Part shown: in pieces, positions 8,196-16,913 of the stretch
Layout of the letters: the number at the start of each line of letters is the position of its first letter
Position numbering within the stretch: the stretch's first letter is position 1
Assembly (NCBI GenBank): GCA_963666425.2
Contig: OY762825.2
Span: 2,144,001-2,208,000 of the forward strand
DNA: 64,000 nucleotides
Direction of reading: 5' to 3'
Source of the DNA: Bacillota bacterium
GTDB lineage: Bacteria > Bacillota > JAAYKD01
Program-made: the position numbers and the translations under genes
Notes under the pieces: generated by a model
The model's database searches: none
The model's input: only the letters and a program-made list of their open reading frames with translations
What the model was told of the DNA's origin: nothing

Positions 8196-9500
8196 ATGAG
8201 TGCAGGCGACAAACGATTGCAGGAAGACTGGATTGACAAAGAGAAAGCTGCCGTTCGGGTCAATATGTTAGGCGATTTTCAACTGGAAAGTAAAGATGCA
8301 ACTGTTTCGGAACAGATTAACCGCTCCAAAAAACTCTGGGGTGTACTTGCACTTCTCCTGATTTACCGCAAAAATCCTCTGAACCATCAGGAACTGACGC
8401 AGCAGATTTGGACGGAAGGGCGCAGTAAAAATCCGGTGAATGCCTTAAAGACATTGCTTTATCGCTTGCGGGAAATGTTGGAGCCTTTGCAGGAAGATGG
8501 TCAGCCGCTGATTATCGCCAACCGAGGCGCTTATTGCTGGAATGCGGCAATCCCCGTTTATCTTGACTTTGAAGAATTTGAAGCCATCAGCCAACAAGCA
8601 GCCAATGTCAAGGGCAATAAAGAAGAGAGTATTCCACTCTATCAGCGCGCGGTGGCTCTTTACAGGGGAGATTTTCTCTTGCGGGTCGAACTGCCCTGGG
8701 CGGTGGCGATGCGTGCCAAATTTCGGAAAATCCACCTCCAGAATATCAAAGCCCTGGCTGCTTTCTACAGCGCCAATGCTCAGTATGCCGAGGTTGTGCA
8801 GCTCTGTGCCAACGTGATCGAAACCCCCATTTTAAACGACCAGATTCATATCTACTATATCCGTTCTTTGCTGCATTTGGGACATCATCAGGAAGCGCTG
8901 ATTCATTATGAAAAAACGAATGAACTGTATTTGCGTGAAAAAGGCACTTATCCTTCCGATGAAATGCGCAATCTCTACAGTGAAATCATGAAAATTCAGC
9001 AGCAAATTGAAACTGACTTAAGTGTCATCCAAGCGCAGCTGAAAGGATCGGATAAAGAGACCGGCGCTTTTGTCTGTGACTATGGTTATTTTAAGGAAGC
9101 CTATCGTCTGGAATGCCGTCGGGCGGAACGCAGCAACTCGAAAGTGTATATTGCTTTGATTACAGTTGCTTCCGATAAGGGCCCGGATTCCGAATTACCG
9201 GCGGAGCGTTTGCGGCTGGTCATGAAAAAATTGCTGATCAGTATGAAATCTCATTTGCGTAAGGGCGATGTTATTTCGCGCTACAGCAGCAATCAATATG
9301 TGCTGTTGCTGCCCAGTGTCACTTATGAGAATGGCATTTTAGTATTGAATCGAATTTTATCAATTTATTACCAACATAATCGGCGTAATAATGTGATTTT
9401 ACATTGTCGGTTACAACCCTTGGATGCTTCCGTCACTAATAACAAAGAGAAAGCGGAATTACCGCAGGATAGAGTCGCTGCTGATCAGAGTCCCTTATAA
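8196..9500 (+). CDS. SARP-family regulator: wHTH plus BTAD plus degenerate GGDEF-like domain
   Basis: MLGDF start, LKTLLYRLR wHTH, AVALYRGDFL BTAD, C-terminal LRKGDVISRYSSNQYVLLLP (GGDEF fold without the motif). Confidence 0.75.
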   Translation: MSAGDKRLQEDWIDKEKAAVRVNMLGDFQLESKDATVSEQINRSKKLWGVLALLLIYRKNPLNHQELTQQIWTEGRSKNPVNALKTLLYRLREMLEPLQEDGQPLIIANRGAYCWNAAIPVYLDFEEFEAISQQAANVKGNKEESIPLYQRAVALYRGDFLLRVELPWAVAMRAKFRKIHLQNIKALAAFYSANAQYAEVVQLCANVIETPILNDQIHIYYIRSLLHLGHHQEALIHYEKTNELYLREKGTYPSDEMRNLYSEIMKIQQQIETDLSVIQAQLKGSDKETGAFVCDYGYFKEAYRLECRRAERSNSKVYIALITVASDKGPDSELPAERLRLVMKKLLISMKSHLRKGDVISRYSSNQYVLLLPSVTYENGILVLNRILSIYYQHNRRNNVILHCRLQPLDASVTNNKEKAELPQDRVAADQSPL

Positions 9501-9538
9501 AGAAAACAATTCTTTTAAAAAGTATCCTATAAAAACGG

Positions 9539-9567
9539 TTGACATCTGTCTGAAGTAACGTTATAAT
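9539..9567 (+). promoter_or_regulatory. Consensus sigma-A promoter of the tRNA operon
   Basis: TTGACA-17 nt-TATAAT. Confidence 0.9.
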
Positions 9568-9607
9568 TACTTTCGTTCTGACGCAATTTTACGTCGGTAG
9601 AAAGCAT

Positions 9608-9693
9608 GGTGGGATTCCCGAGTTGGCCAAAGGGGGCAGACTGTAAATCTGCTAGCTTCGCTTTCGATGGTTCGAATCCATCTCCCACCACCA
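9608..9693 (+). tRNA. tRNA-Tyr(GTA)
   Basis: GGTGGGA/TCCCACC acceptor stem, GCAGA-CTGTAAA-TCTGC anticodon arm, long variable arm, encoded CCA. Confidence 0.97.
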
Positions 9694-9698
9694 TTTGC

Positions 9699-9772
9699 GC
9701 GGGAGTAGCTCAACGGTAGAGTCCCGGCCCTCCAAGCCGGTCGTGCGGGTTCGATCCCCGTCTCCCGCTCCA
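9699..9772 (+). tRNA. tRNA-Gly(TCC) with non-canonical C33
   Basis: GCGGGAG/CTCCCGC acceptor stem, U73, CCGGC-CCTCCAA-GCCGG anticodon arm, GTTCGATC T-loop, CCA. Confidence 0.9.
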
Positions 9773-9801
9773 AATCATTCAGAACGCAGTCCGGTAGTTT
9801 T

Positions 9802-9877
9802 GCTGATGTAGCTCAGTTGGTAGAGCGTATCCTTGGTAAGGATAAGGTCAACGGTTCGAATCCGTTCATCAGCTCCA
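9802..9877 (+). tRNA. tRNA-Thr(GGT), copy 1
   Basis: TATCC-TTGGTAA-GGATA anticodon arm, full cloverleaf, CCA. Confidence 0.97.
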
Positions 9878-9882
9878 TTTTC

Positions 9883-9959
<77 letters not shown>

Positions 9960-9962
9960 CAT

Positions 9963-10038
9963 GCTGATGTAGCTCAGTTGGTAGAGCGTATCCTTGGTAA
10001 GGATAAGGTCAACGGTTCGAATCCGTTCATCAGCTCCA
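9963..10038 (+). tRNA. tRNA-Thr(GGT), copy 2
   Basis: Identical to 9802-9877. Confidence 0.97.
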
Positions 10039-10047
10039 TTTCTTTTT

Positions 10048-10124
<77 letters not shown>

Positions 10125-10128
10125 ATTT

Positions 10129-10173
10129 CGTTATCGTTGCTGATAGAGTTTCAGCAAAGGTAACGCTTTTTTT
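10129..10173 (+). terminator. tRNA operon terminator
   Basis: CGTTATC-GTTGCTGA...TCAGCAA-GGTAACG stem plus T7. Confidence 0.8.
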
Positions 10174-10462
10174 ATGCCCAAAAATGGCTGTGAGAGGAAT
10201 ATTTCAGGTGATTCAGGCTCAACGCAGGAAACAAATCAGCTCTGATGACGATCTTCTTGATGCAAGCCCGGTCAACACGTTGTCATAGAGGATCTATTCC
10301 AAGCAGACTTTCCTGGTTTAGCAGCAGCATCAGATCCGGTGAAATTATTAACACGGCTATCTTATTAGTTATAATTTTATAGAAAACGAGTGAAAAAAAT
10401 AATTTTAATGAAATATTCCACTGGAATTTATAAATGGTTTATGCTAGAATACAACCATATAG

Positions 10463-10480
10463 CTAACAAATATTAGTTAG
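10463..10480. promoter_or_regulatory. Putative TetR operator
   Basis: CTAACAAATATTAGTTAG, a 16/18 palindrome between an extended -10 (TGCTAGAAT, 10442-10450) and the RBS of tetR. Confidence 0.65.
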
Positions 10481-10498
10481 TAAAGGAGGCGCTTTCCA

Positions 10499-11140
10499 TT
10501 GGAGAAAAAGCAGGAAATTCTCGAAGCTGCCTTTGAGATTTTTTGCGAAAAAGGCTATCATCTTTCGGTAGCCGAGCTTGCCGCTGCGGTGAAAATTAAA
10601 ACGCCCTCACTTTACAGTCACTTTGAAAGCAAGGACGAAATCATCGAATTGATTGTGCAGAGTGAAATTCAGAGATACTATGATAGCTTAACAAAGACCA
10701 TGCTGGAAATAGAAGTTTTAAGCTGTAAGGAAGCGATGAAGCAGCTTTTCGATTTTGTGATAGATTACTTTTGTACAGGCAAACGTCTGCGGTTTTGGCG
10801 CGCGATCCCGTTCATTCCGAATCAACGACTGAATTGCTTATTTGCTCAAGCGATCTCTGAAAAAGATGCTGTCTTCATTCAGAAGATGCAGCGCTGCTTC
10901 CTAAAGGGTCAGTCCAATGCTGAAATCAGGTCGGATGCGTCACTGGGGTCTCTTCGGCTCTATCTTTGCATGATCCAAGGTGTATTGGACGGAATTCTTT
11001 TATATCCCAAAGAGCTTGGCGGAAAAAATAACACCACTGAATTGTTTGAAGCATATTGGTATGGTATCTGCAGCGCTGATACAGATGAAGCTAGATTACC
11101 AAATAGACACCAATCATTCATGAAGGAGCAAATGAAATGA
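10499..11140 (+). CDS. TetR/AcrR family transcriptional regulator
   Basis: ILEAAFEIFCEKGY..SVAELAAAVKIKTPSLYSHFESKDEI HTH; TTG start after AAAGGAGG. Confidence 0.93.
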   Translation: MEKKQEILEAAFEIFCEKGYHLSVAELAAAVKIKTPSLYSHFESKDEIIELIVQSEIQRYYDSLTKTMLEIEVLSCKEAMKQLFDFVIDYFCTGKRLRFWRAIPFIPNQRLNCLFAQAISEKDAVFIQKMQRCFLKGQSNAEIRSDASLGSLRLYLCMIQGVLDGILLYPKELGGKNNTTELFEAYWYGICSADTDEARLPNRHQSFMKEQMK

Positions 11141-12111
11141 TCACAAATCAATGGTATGCCATCCTTCCATCCAACAGAGTCAAAACCGGCAAAATTGTTG
11201 GTGTAAAAAGGATGAATCTGGATCTAGCCCTATTTAGAAACGAAAAAGGCGAGCTTGGCTGCGTTGTGGATCAATGCACGCACCGCGGTGCCGCGCTCAG
11301 TTTGGGGAAGATCAAGGGCGACTGTATCAAGTGTCCCTTCCATGGACTTGAATTTAATAAAAAGGGTCAATGCAATTTTATCCCCGCCAACGGCAAAGGA
11401 TCTACCACCGACCTCAGCCGCTACAATGTCAGGCATTATCCCGTCAGAGAGGCTCACGGCATCATCTATCTCTGGTATGGTGAGGCAGAGAAAATCACCG
11501 AGCATCTCCCGTTTTTCGATCAGGAAATTGATGCATCTTATGTATACAGTGAGATAGAAGATTGCTGGAATTCCCACTATTCGCGCTGCATTGAAAATCA
11601 ATTGGATGTAGTGCATCTGCCTTTTGTGCATTACAACACGATCGGCAGAGGAAATAGAACTCTGGTGAATGGCCCTAAGTTGCTTTGGGAAAACGGTATG
11701 TTAACCACCAGTGCCAATAACGAGCTGGATCACGGACAAAAACCGAAACCTCCCGAAGAATGTGTGATCAAGACTACGCATTTGTGCTTTCTGTTTCCTA
11801 ATGTTTGGATGAACTACATTAGTGACAAGATGAAAGTCATCATCTATTTTGCTCCGGTCGATGAGGAAAACACGGTGCTTTATATCCGGTTTTATTGCAG
11901 GCTGACGCGCTTTCAGCCGCTGAACAATCTGATTGCCTACCTAGGTAAATTCGGCAATAAAGCAGTCGAAAGACAGGATAAGCGGGTTGTGATCACCCAA
12001 AAACCCAAAGCATCTACCTTAAAGTCCGGGGAAAGGCTGGTGCCGGGTGACGGTCCAATCATTATGTATCGTAGAATCAGAGAAGGCTTAAAACAAGATA
12101 CTTCTATATAA
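11137..12111 (+). CDS. Rieske non-heme iron oxygenase alpha subunit (VanA/PAO/KshA-like)
   Basis: Rieske CTHRG..CPFHG; mononuclear Fe motif ENQLDVVHLPFVH; distal Asp in ERQDKRVV; ATGA overlap with tetR. Confidence 0.92.
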   Translation: MITNQWYAILPSNRVKTGKIVGVKRMNLDLALFRNEKGELGCVVDQCTHRGAALSLGKIKGDCIKCPFHGLEFNKKGQCNFIPANGKGSTTDLSRYNVRHYPVREAHGIIYLWYGEAEKITEHLPFFDQEIDASYVYSEIEDCWNSHYSRCIENQLDVVHLPFVHYNTIGRGNRTLVNGPKLLWENGMLTTSANNELDHGQKPKPPEECVIKTTHLCFLFPNVWMNYISDKMKVIIYFAPVDEENTVLYIRFYCRLTRFQPLNNLIAYLGKFGNKAVERQDKRVVITQKPKASTLKSGERLVPGDGPIIMYRRIREGLKQDTSI

Positions 12112-12145
12112 ACCAAAGATTTTATACGCAATCGGAAAGATAAGG

Positions 12146-13996
12146 ATGTGTCAATTGATGGATTTTGACGTAATCATCATAGGCGGTGGGCTTTCCGGAC
12201 TGACTGCGGCCAGTTTATTGGCCAAGCGCCAGCTGAAGGTTGCTGTCATCGACAAAAATTACCAACCGGGAGGTTCCTGCGGAATATTTAAACGCGGGCA
12301 TGTGACATTTGACATAGGGGCGGCGATGCTTTATGGTTTTGGAGAAGCAGGGTTTAATGCGCATCGCTTTGTTTTTAATTGCCTTGAAGAACCCATCGAC
12401 ATCATCCGCCACGATCTTCTGTATTGTGTTAATTTCAAAGGCGAAAGGATTAAATTCTGGGCGGATGTCGAAAAGTTTTCCGAAGAGCTTGCCGGTATTT
12501 TCCCGAATGAAAAGAGAAATATCAAGCGCTTTTATACAGACATGCTGAAAATGTATCAAAATGTGATGGTGGATGTGCCGGCTTACAATACGCCGGATGA
12601 AACCGATCCGCTGGTTGCGCTGAAGAGCATGCTCAAACATCCCATTTCTTACCTGAGATTTTTGAGCTATTTGAATAAAAGCGCAAGAAGTCTCTTAAAA
12701 GAGTATTTTAAAGATCCTGAAATACTCAAATTTTTCGATAAACTAACCTCAACCTATTGTTATGCGACCCTGGCTGAGGCTCCTGCAGCAATGGCTGCTG
12801 TCATGTTTGTAGATAACCATGTCGGCGGCAGCTATTACCCTGCCGGATCGACTCTCTTTCTGCCGGGTAAACTTGAAAAGGTGATTGAAGAGAACGGCGG
12901 CGAGATGCTTCTGCAAAGGGAGGTTGTATCCATTTTGTTTGCAAAGGGCAAACCTGCCGGTGTCGGCTTGAGTGACGGCAGCAAGCTCTTCGCCCCGGAT
13001 ATCATTTATTCAGGAACTGTTTGGAACCTTTATGGCAGGTTGATTGATCCTGCCTTTAGCACACAGCAAAAAAGAGAATGGGCACAAAAACAGGTGCCTA
13101 CCTATCCGAGTGTGGTTCTGTATGCCGTTGTTGACCGCAATGTGATTCCAGAGGACACGGCTCCGATTGAAATGCTGGTAGGCAATCCTGATCAGCTTGA
13201 CGAAAGTGAAGTAACCGCCTACTTGCTCAGCATTGACGATAGGACATTGTGCAATGAGGATGAGCACACCATCATCGCGATTGGTCCCACATTCGGAGCC
13301 TGGGATATGCAGGACAAAGCAGTTTATCAAGATAGAAAAGCAAGCGAACAGGTACGTTTGCTTGACGTACTCGAAAAACGCTTCCCGGGATTCAAACAAG
13401 CGCTGCGCTATGCAGAAGTTGCCACACCGAAAACCATCGAGCGTTATACGATGAAAAACGGCGGCGCGGTAGCCGGACCCAAACAAATGCTGGGACAGCA
13501 TTTGTTCCATCGTCTGCACACGCAAACGGAATGGGACAACCTCTTTTGCTGCGGTGAATCGACAGTGATGGGTACCGGAACGCCCACTGTGACGACTTCC
13601 GGACTCTCAGCGGCTAACGCCCTGCTGAAGAAGCAGGGAAAAGAACCCTATCTTTATCAAAAAGACAGGAAGAATTTTGTCCGCATTGTTGAGAAACCTT
13701 TTACGGCAAAACAGCTCTATGACGGCTACGACGAAGCAGCCCGCACGACGATGCAGAAAGCCAGGCAGTGCAGGCTGTGCGAGAACCCCACCTGTACGAA
13801 GGAAGTAGATATTCGCGGTATCATGCGGCGGACGGCAGTCGGAAATTTTGCCGGCGCCAAAAAATGCTGGCTGCGGAACACAACCGATTTCGATACCTTG
13901 AAAAAGTGCGAATCGGATTGTATCTGCGCGGTGGGAAACCAAGCCGGTGTGGAAATACGGGCGGTTGTCGGTTATTTGCAGGAGGTGAACTTGTGA
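12146..13996 (+). CDS. Phytoene desaturase/carotenoid isomerase (CrtI/CrtH)-like FAD oxidoreductase with a C-terminal Fe-S domain
   Basis: IIGGGLSGL FAD motif, PGGSCG..FDIGA, YYPAG, ATPKTIERY, LFCCGEST..GTG; tail CRLCENPTC...CESDC. Confidence 0.85.
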   Translation: MCQLMDFDVIIIGGGLSGLTAASLLAKRQLKVAVIDKNYQPGGSCGIFKRGHVTFDIGAAMLYGFGEAGFNAHRFVFNCLEEPIDIIRHDLLYCVNFKGERIKFWADVEKFSEELAGIFPNEKRNIKRFYTDMLKMYQNVMVDVPAYNTPDETDPLVALKSMLKHPISYLRFLSYLNKSARSLLKEYFKDPEILKFFDKLTSTYCYATLAEAPAAMAAVMFVDNHVGGSYYPAGSTLFLPGKLEKVIEENGGEMLLQREVVSILFAKGKPAGVGLSDGSKLFAPDIIYSGTVWNLYGRLIDPAFSTQQKREWAQKQVPTYPSVVLYAVVDRNVIPEDTAPIEMLVGNPDQLDESEVTAYLLSIDDRTLCNEDEHTIIAIGPTFGAWDMQDKAVYQDRKASEQVRLLDVLEKRFPGFKQALRYAEVATPKTIERYTMKNGGAVAGPKQMLGQHLFHRLHTQTEWDNLFCCGESTVMGTGTPTVTTSGLSAANALLKKQGKEPYLYQKDRKNFVRIVEKPFTAKQLYDGYDEAARTTMQKARQCRLCENPTCTKEVDIRGIMRRTAVGNFAGAKKCWLRNTTDFDTLKKCESDCICAVGNQAGVEIRAVVGYLQEVNL

Positions 13997-14153
13997 ACGA
14001 AAAATATGACGCAATTGTGGTCGGCGGCGGTCTTGCCGGGTTAGGCAGTGCGGCCTATGGACGTTCAGCCCCTCGGGGTTACCGGTATCGATCCTGACCG
14101 GAAAACTGGCGGCGGATGCAATTCACAAGACACTGAAGAGACACGTTTCATGA
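13993..14153 (+). pseudogene. Internally deleted second CrtI-family flavoprotein (N- and C-termini only)
   Basis: GTG start with GGAGGTG RBS gives MNEKYDAIVVGGGLAGLGSAAY; from 14058, in another frame, WTFSPSGLPVSILTGKLAADAIHKTLKRHVS-stop. Confidence 0.8.
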
Positions 14154-14262
14154 GCTTAATTAGAATTGAATTTATCATTGCCTTGGTAGGGCTTGCCAAA
14201 GAATTGTAGAGCTGTGTCACAGTATAAAAAACGTAGATTCATTATATGAAGGAGGAAATAGC

Positions 14263-15069
14263 ATGGACAGAATTAAAAAAGCATGGATCAACGCCTTTTT
14301 TCTAATCGCTACATTTGCCATCAATGCATTGGGAGCGGTCGGTCTGATTAACGGTTTGAATCAAAAGCAAATTTCTGATCGGTATGTCACTTTAATTACA
14401 CCAAGTCCGAGCACTTTCAGTATATGGGGTGTTATCTACTTGTTTTTGTTGCTCTCGATCATTGTGATGATTGTCAAAAAGCAGGACTCTTATTACCAAA
14501 AGGCCATTGATCAAATTTCCAATCTGTTCAGGATTTCCTGTGTCCTGAATATTGCCTGGATTGTATCGTTTTCATTTCTCCTGGTTGAGATTTCTACTCT
14601 TTTCATCCTTGGCTTTGTGGTTGCTTTGGCCTTGATTGACATAAAACTGCTGGAAATACGCGAAAGCAAGCGTTGGCTATTGCCTTTGAGTTTTGGCCTC
14701 TATTCAGGTTGGCTGTTTATTGCTGCGGTGGTGAATATTGCTGCTGCACTCGTCAAACTGAAGTGGGACGGTTTTGGTCTATCTCAGGAAACATGGGGAA
14801 GCATCATGCTGCTGATCGCGATTGTTCTCTTGATCGGAGTGCTTTTGAAAATCCGCAATGCCGTCTTCCCGCTTCCTGTCGCTTGGGCTTACTATGGAAT
14901 TTACCAATTTTTGAAATCACCGACGGGATTCAAGGGAGAATTTGCTACCCTGCAAATCATATCTCTTTTTGGCATGACGGTTCTGATCATTGTTTCCGTG
15001 CTTCAGTTTTACCGAAACCATTTTTCCCTACTTCCTGAATCGCCAAAAAAAGGACGAGCAGGCAGATAG
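14263..15069 (+). CDS. Tryptophan-rich sensory protein (TspO/MBR-related) membrane protein
   Basis: ISDRY..ITPSPSTFSIWGVIY, LNIAW, FGLYSGWL..A.VVN, VAWAYYGI; about 8 TM helices; RBS AAGGAGG. Confidence 0.6.
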   Translation: MDRIKKAWINAFFLIATFAINALGAVGLINGLNQKQISDRYVTLITPSPSTFSIWGVIYLFLLLSIIVMIVKKQDSYYQKAIDQISNLFRISCVLNIAWIVSFSFLLVEISTLFILGFVVALALIDIKLLEIRESKRWLLPLSFGLYSGWLFIAAVVNIAAALVKLKWDGFGLSQETWGSIMLLIAIVLLIGVLLKIRNAVFPLPVAWAYYGIYQFLKSPTGFKGEFATLQIISLFGMTVLIIVSVLQFYRNHFSLLPESPKKGRAGR

Positions 15070-15634
15070 GATGGGGAGAACGGAAGACTTATCTGATTGC
15101 AGTTTATCCGCGACAGAAAAAAAGGCACTGCTGCAGAGATAACAGACGCATCGCTGTTCGAAATTTCATAATTATGCCTCTTCTATCTGGCAGACTATAA
15201 CAGCAAAAGGTTAATACAATGCATCACAAACCAAAATGTGATGCATTGTGTTCATTAGCGCTACCTTTACCAAATCGCTATCGTTGTTGTGATTATTTCA
15301 GCAAGTGTAATATTTTTTTACTTCAAATCGGCTGGAAGAGGGGTGTTTTGCGATCGTCAATATCAGATAACCAGAAGGCTAAATGCAGGAGAAACCTTTT
15401 CTCACCTGGAATTTCATTAAAATATAATGAAAATCTGAACAGGCTGATCATTTTATCCTCAAAGGCGGCCTTTTCATATACTTACTCATGAATTTCGAGA
15501 ACTGCGCCACGCGAGATGTGGAATTTCTCTGCCTTGACGGGTGAACCATGATTCCAGTCACATTGGTGCAGTACTCGATGTGATCATCTCTACACCTACC
15601 GGCTGTGACGATGCTGCGAAAGGAAGAAGTGCAG

Positions 15635-16750
15635 ATGGAGCAAGATACTACTTTTCAGAGCCCAATCATGCCAAAGAACTCAATAAAATGGTGTCATTAT
15701 TTGGTGAATGTCGGCTATATGACGGCCGCCTTGATGATTTTGGCCCATCTGATCTGGTATTTTGCTGCACGCAGCGTTTTGGCCAGACCGCCGCAGGTCT
15801 ATCTGCAGGATTACATCATTCTGCCTGCCCTGATTTTTTTCCCTTTCAATGGGATGATTGACCTGTTGGTGCGTTCTTCCCGTGTTTCACTTTTTTGGAA
15901 AGAATACCTTGCGCTTTCGTTGTTTGTGATCTATTCCGGTTACCTTGCCTTGACGCATGATCTTGCTAAAGTTTTGTTGGCTTCTTTTATTCTTCCTATT
16001 TTTGTTTCTACGATTTTTTCCAATCAAAAGATTACCCGTTTGATTTTTTGGATGAGCAACTTGACTTTATTGCTGCTTGGTATTAGAAATTTTCTAGCAA
16101 GCACGCTGGACAGCCTGATGATGATGCAGATTTTCGTAGCTTGTTTTATGTTCTTATGCTCTTTTTTACTGGCGAGAGTTTTGATTCAAAATGGCAACGA
16201 AAACTTGGCAGCTCTGCTGGATTACAGCAGCCGGCAAAGGCTGATGCAGGAGCAGTTGCAGCTGGATCTATTCACTGATTTGAAAAATCGAAAAACTTTT
16301 GATCAGGAGTTGGCAAGACAGATGGAAGTAGGTCGCAAAGCCAATAAAATGCTTGCACTGGCGATGATCGATATTGATCATTTTAAAGATGTGAATGACC
16401 AATATGGGCACGCAGTCGGTGATCTGGTCCTGCTTTTTTTTGCAAATCTCCTGAAAGCGTTACAAGCTGAAAACATCCAGGCTTTTCGGATCGGCGGAGA
16501 GGAATTTGCCATTTTAATGCTGGATTGCAACGAACCGGAAGCTTACCATATCTGCGAAGGTTTGCGTCTGCGCATGGAATCCGCTGCATTGTCTGAGATT
16601 GAGCAAAAGAAAATCACCATCAGTTGCGGGCTGATCTGCAGGAAGCTGAACCAGATCGATCCGGAGACGTTGACAAAAGCAGCCGACACCGCCTTGTATG
16701 AGGCGAAACACAGGGGGAGAAATCAGGTTGTGATCTCATCAGCACTTTGA
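15635..16750 (+). CDS. Membrane-anchored diguanylate cyclase
   Basis: N-terminal TM helices; DIDHFKDVNDQYGHAVGD, RIGGEEF, ADTALYEAKHRGRN; no RxxD I-site. Confidence 0.92.
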   Translation: MEQDTTFQSPIMPKNSIKWCHYLVNVGYMTAALMILAHLIWYFAARSVLARPPQVYLQDYIILPALIFFPFNGMIDLLVRSSRVSLFWKEYLALSLFVIYSGYLALTHDLAKVLLASFILPIFVSTIFSNQKITRLIFWMSNLTLLLLGIRNFLASTLDSLMMMQIFVACFMFLCSFLLARVLIQNGNENLAALLDYSSRQRLMQEQLQLDLFTDLKNRKTFDQELARQMEVGRKANKMLALAMIDIDHFKDVNDQYGHAVGDLVLLFFANLLKALQAENIQAFRIGGEEFAILMLDCNEPEAYHICEGLRLRMESAALSEIEQKKITISCGLICRKLNQIDPETLTKAADTALYEAKHRGRNQVVISSAL

Positions 16751-16913
16751 TTGCACAATCAGGCGCTTTCTTCATTAAGAAAGAGTTGGTCAGCGGAGGA
16801 CTTAATTCTGGAATCAGAGCAACCAATGAAACCACTTCATTGGAGCATCCTCTGGTGCAAAAAAAAGCGCAAATTAAGGTTCAAAAATCCAATGGATTTC
16901 TGAACCTTTTCGA

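Noticed and set aside
9567-9773. 68-aa minus-strand ORF (MERETGIEP...)
   Set aside because: Typical antisense translation of tRNA-Gly and tRNA-Tyr genes
10196-10419. 11-bp perfect inverted repeat GGAATATTTCA/TGAAATATTCC as possible MITE ends
   Set aside because: Short and AT-rich, with no target-site duplication and no second copy seen; compatible with chance
13768-14097. 109-aa ORF overlapping the flavoprotein 3' end
   Set aside because: Only the part from GTG 13993 is meaningful (pseudogene N-terminus); the upstream part is an off-frame overlap
15219-15861. ORFs 15219-15491 and 15541-15861
   Set aside because: No convincing RBS or recognisable motifs; the second overlaps the diguanylate cyclase out of frame
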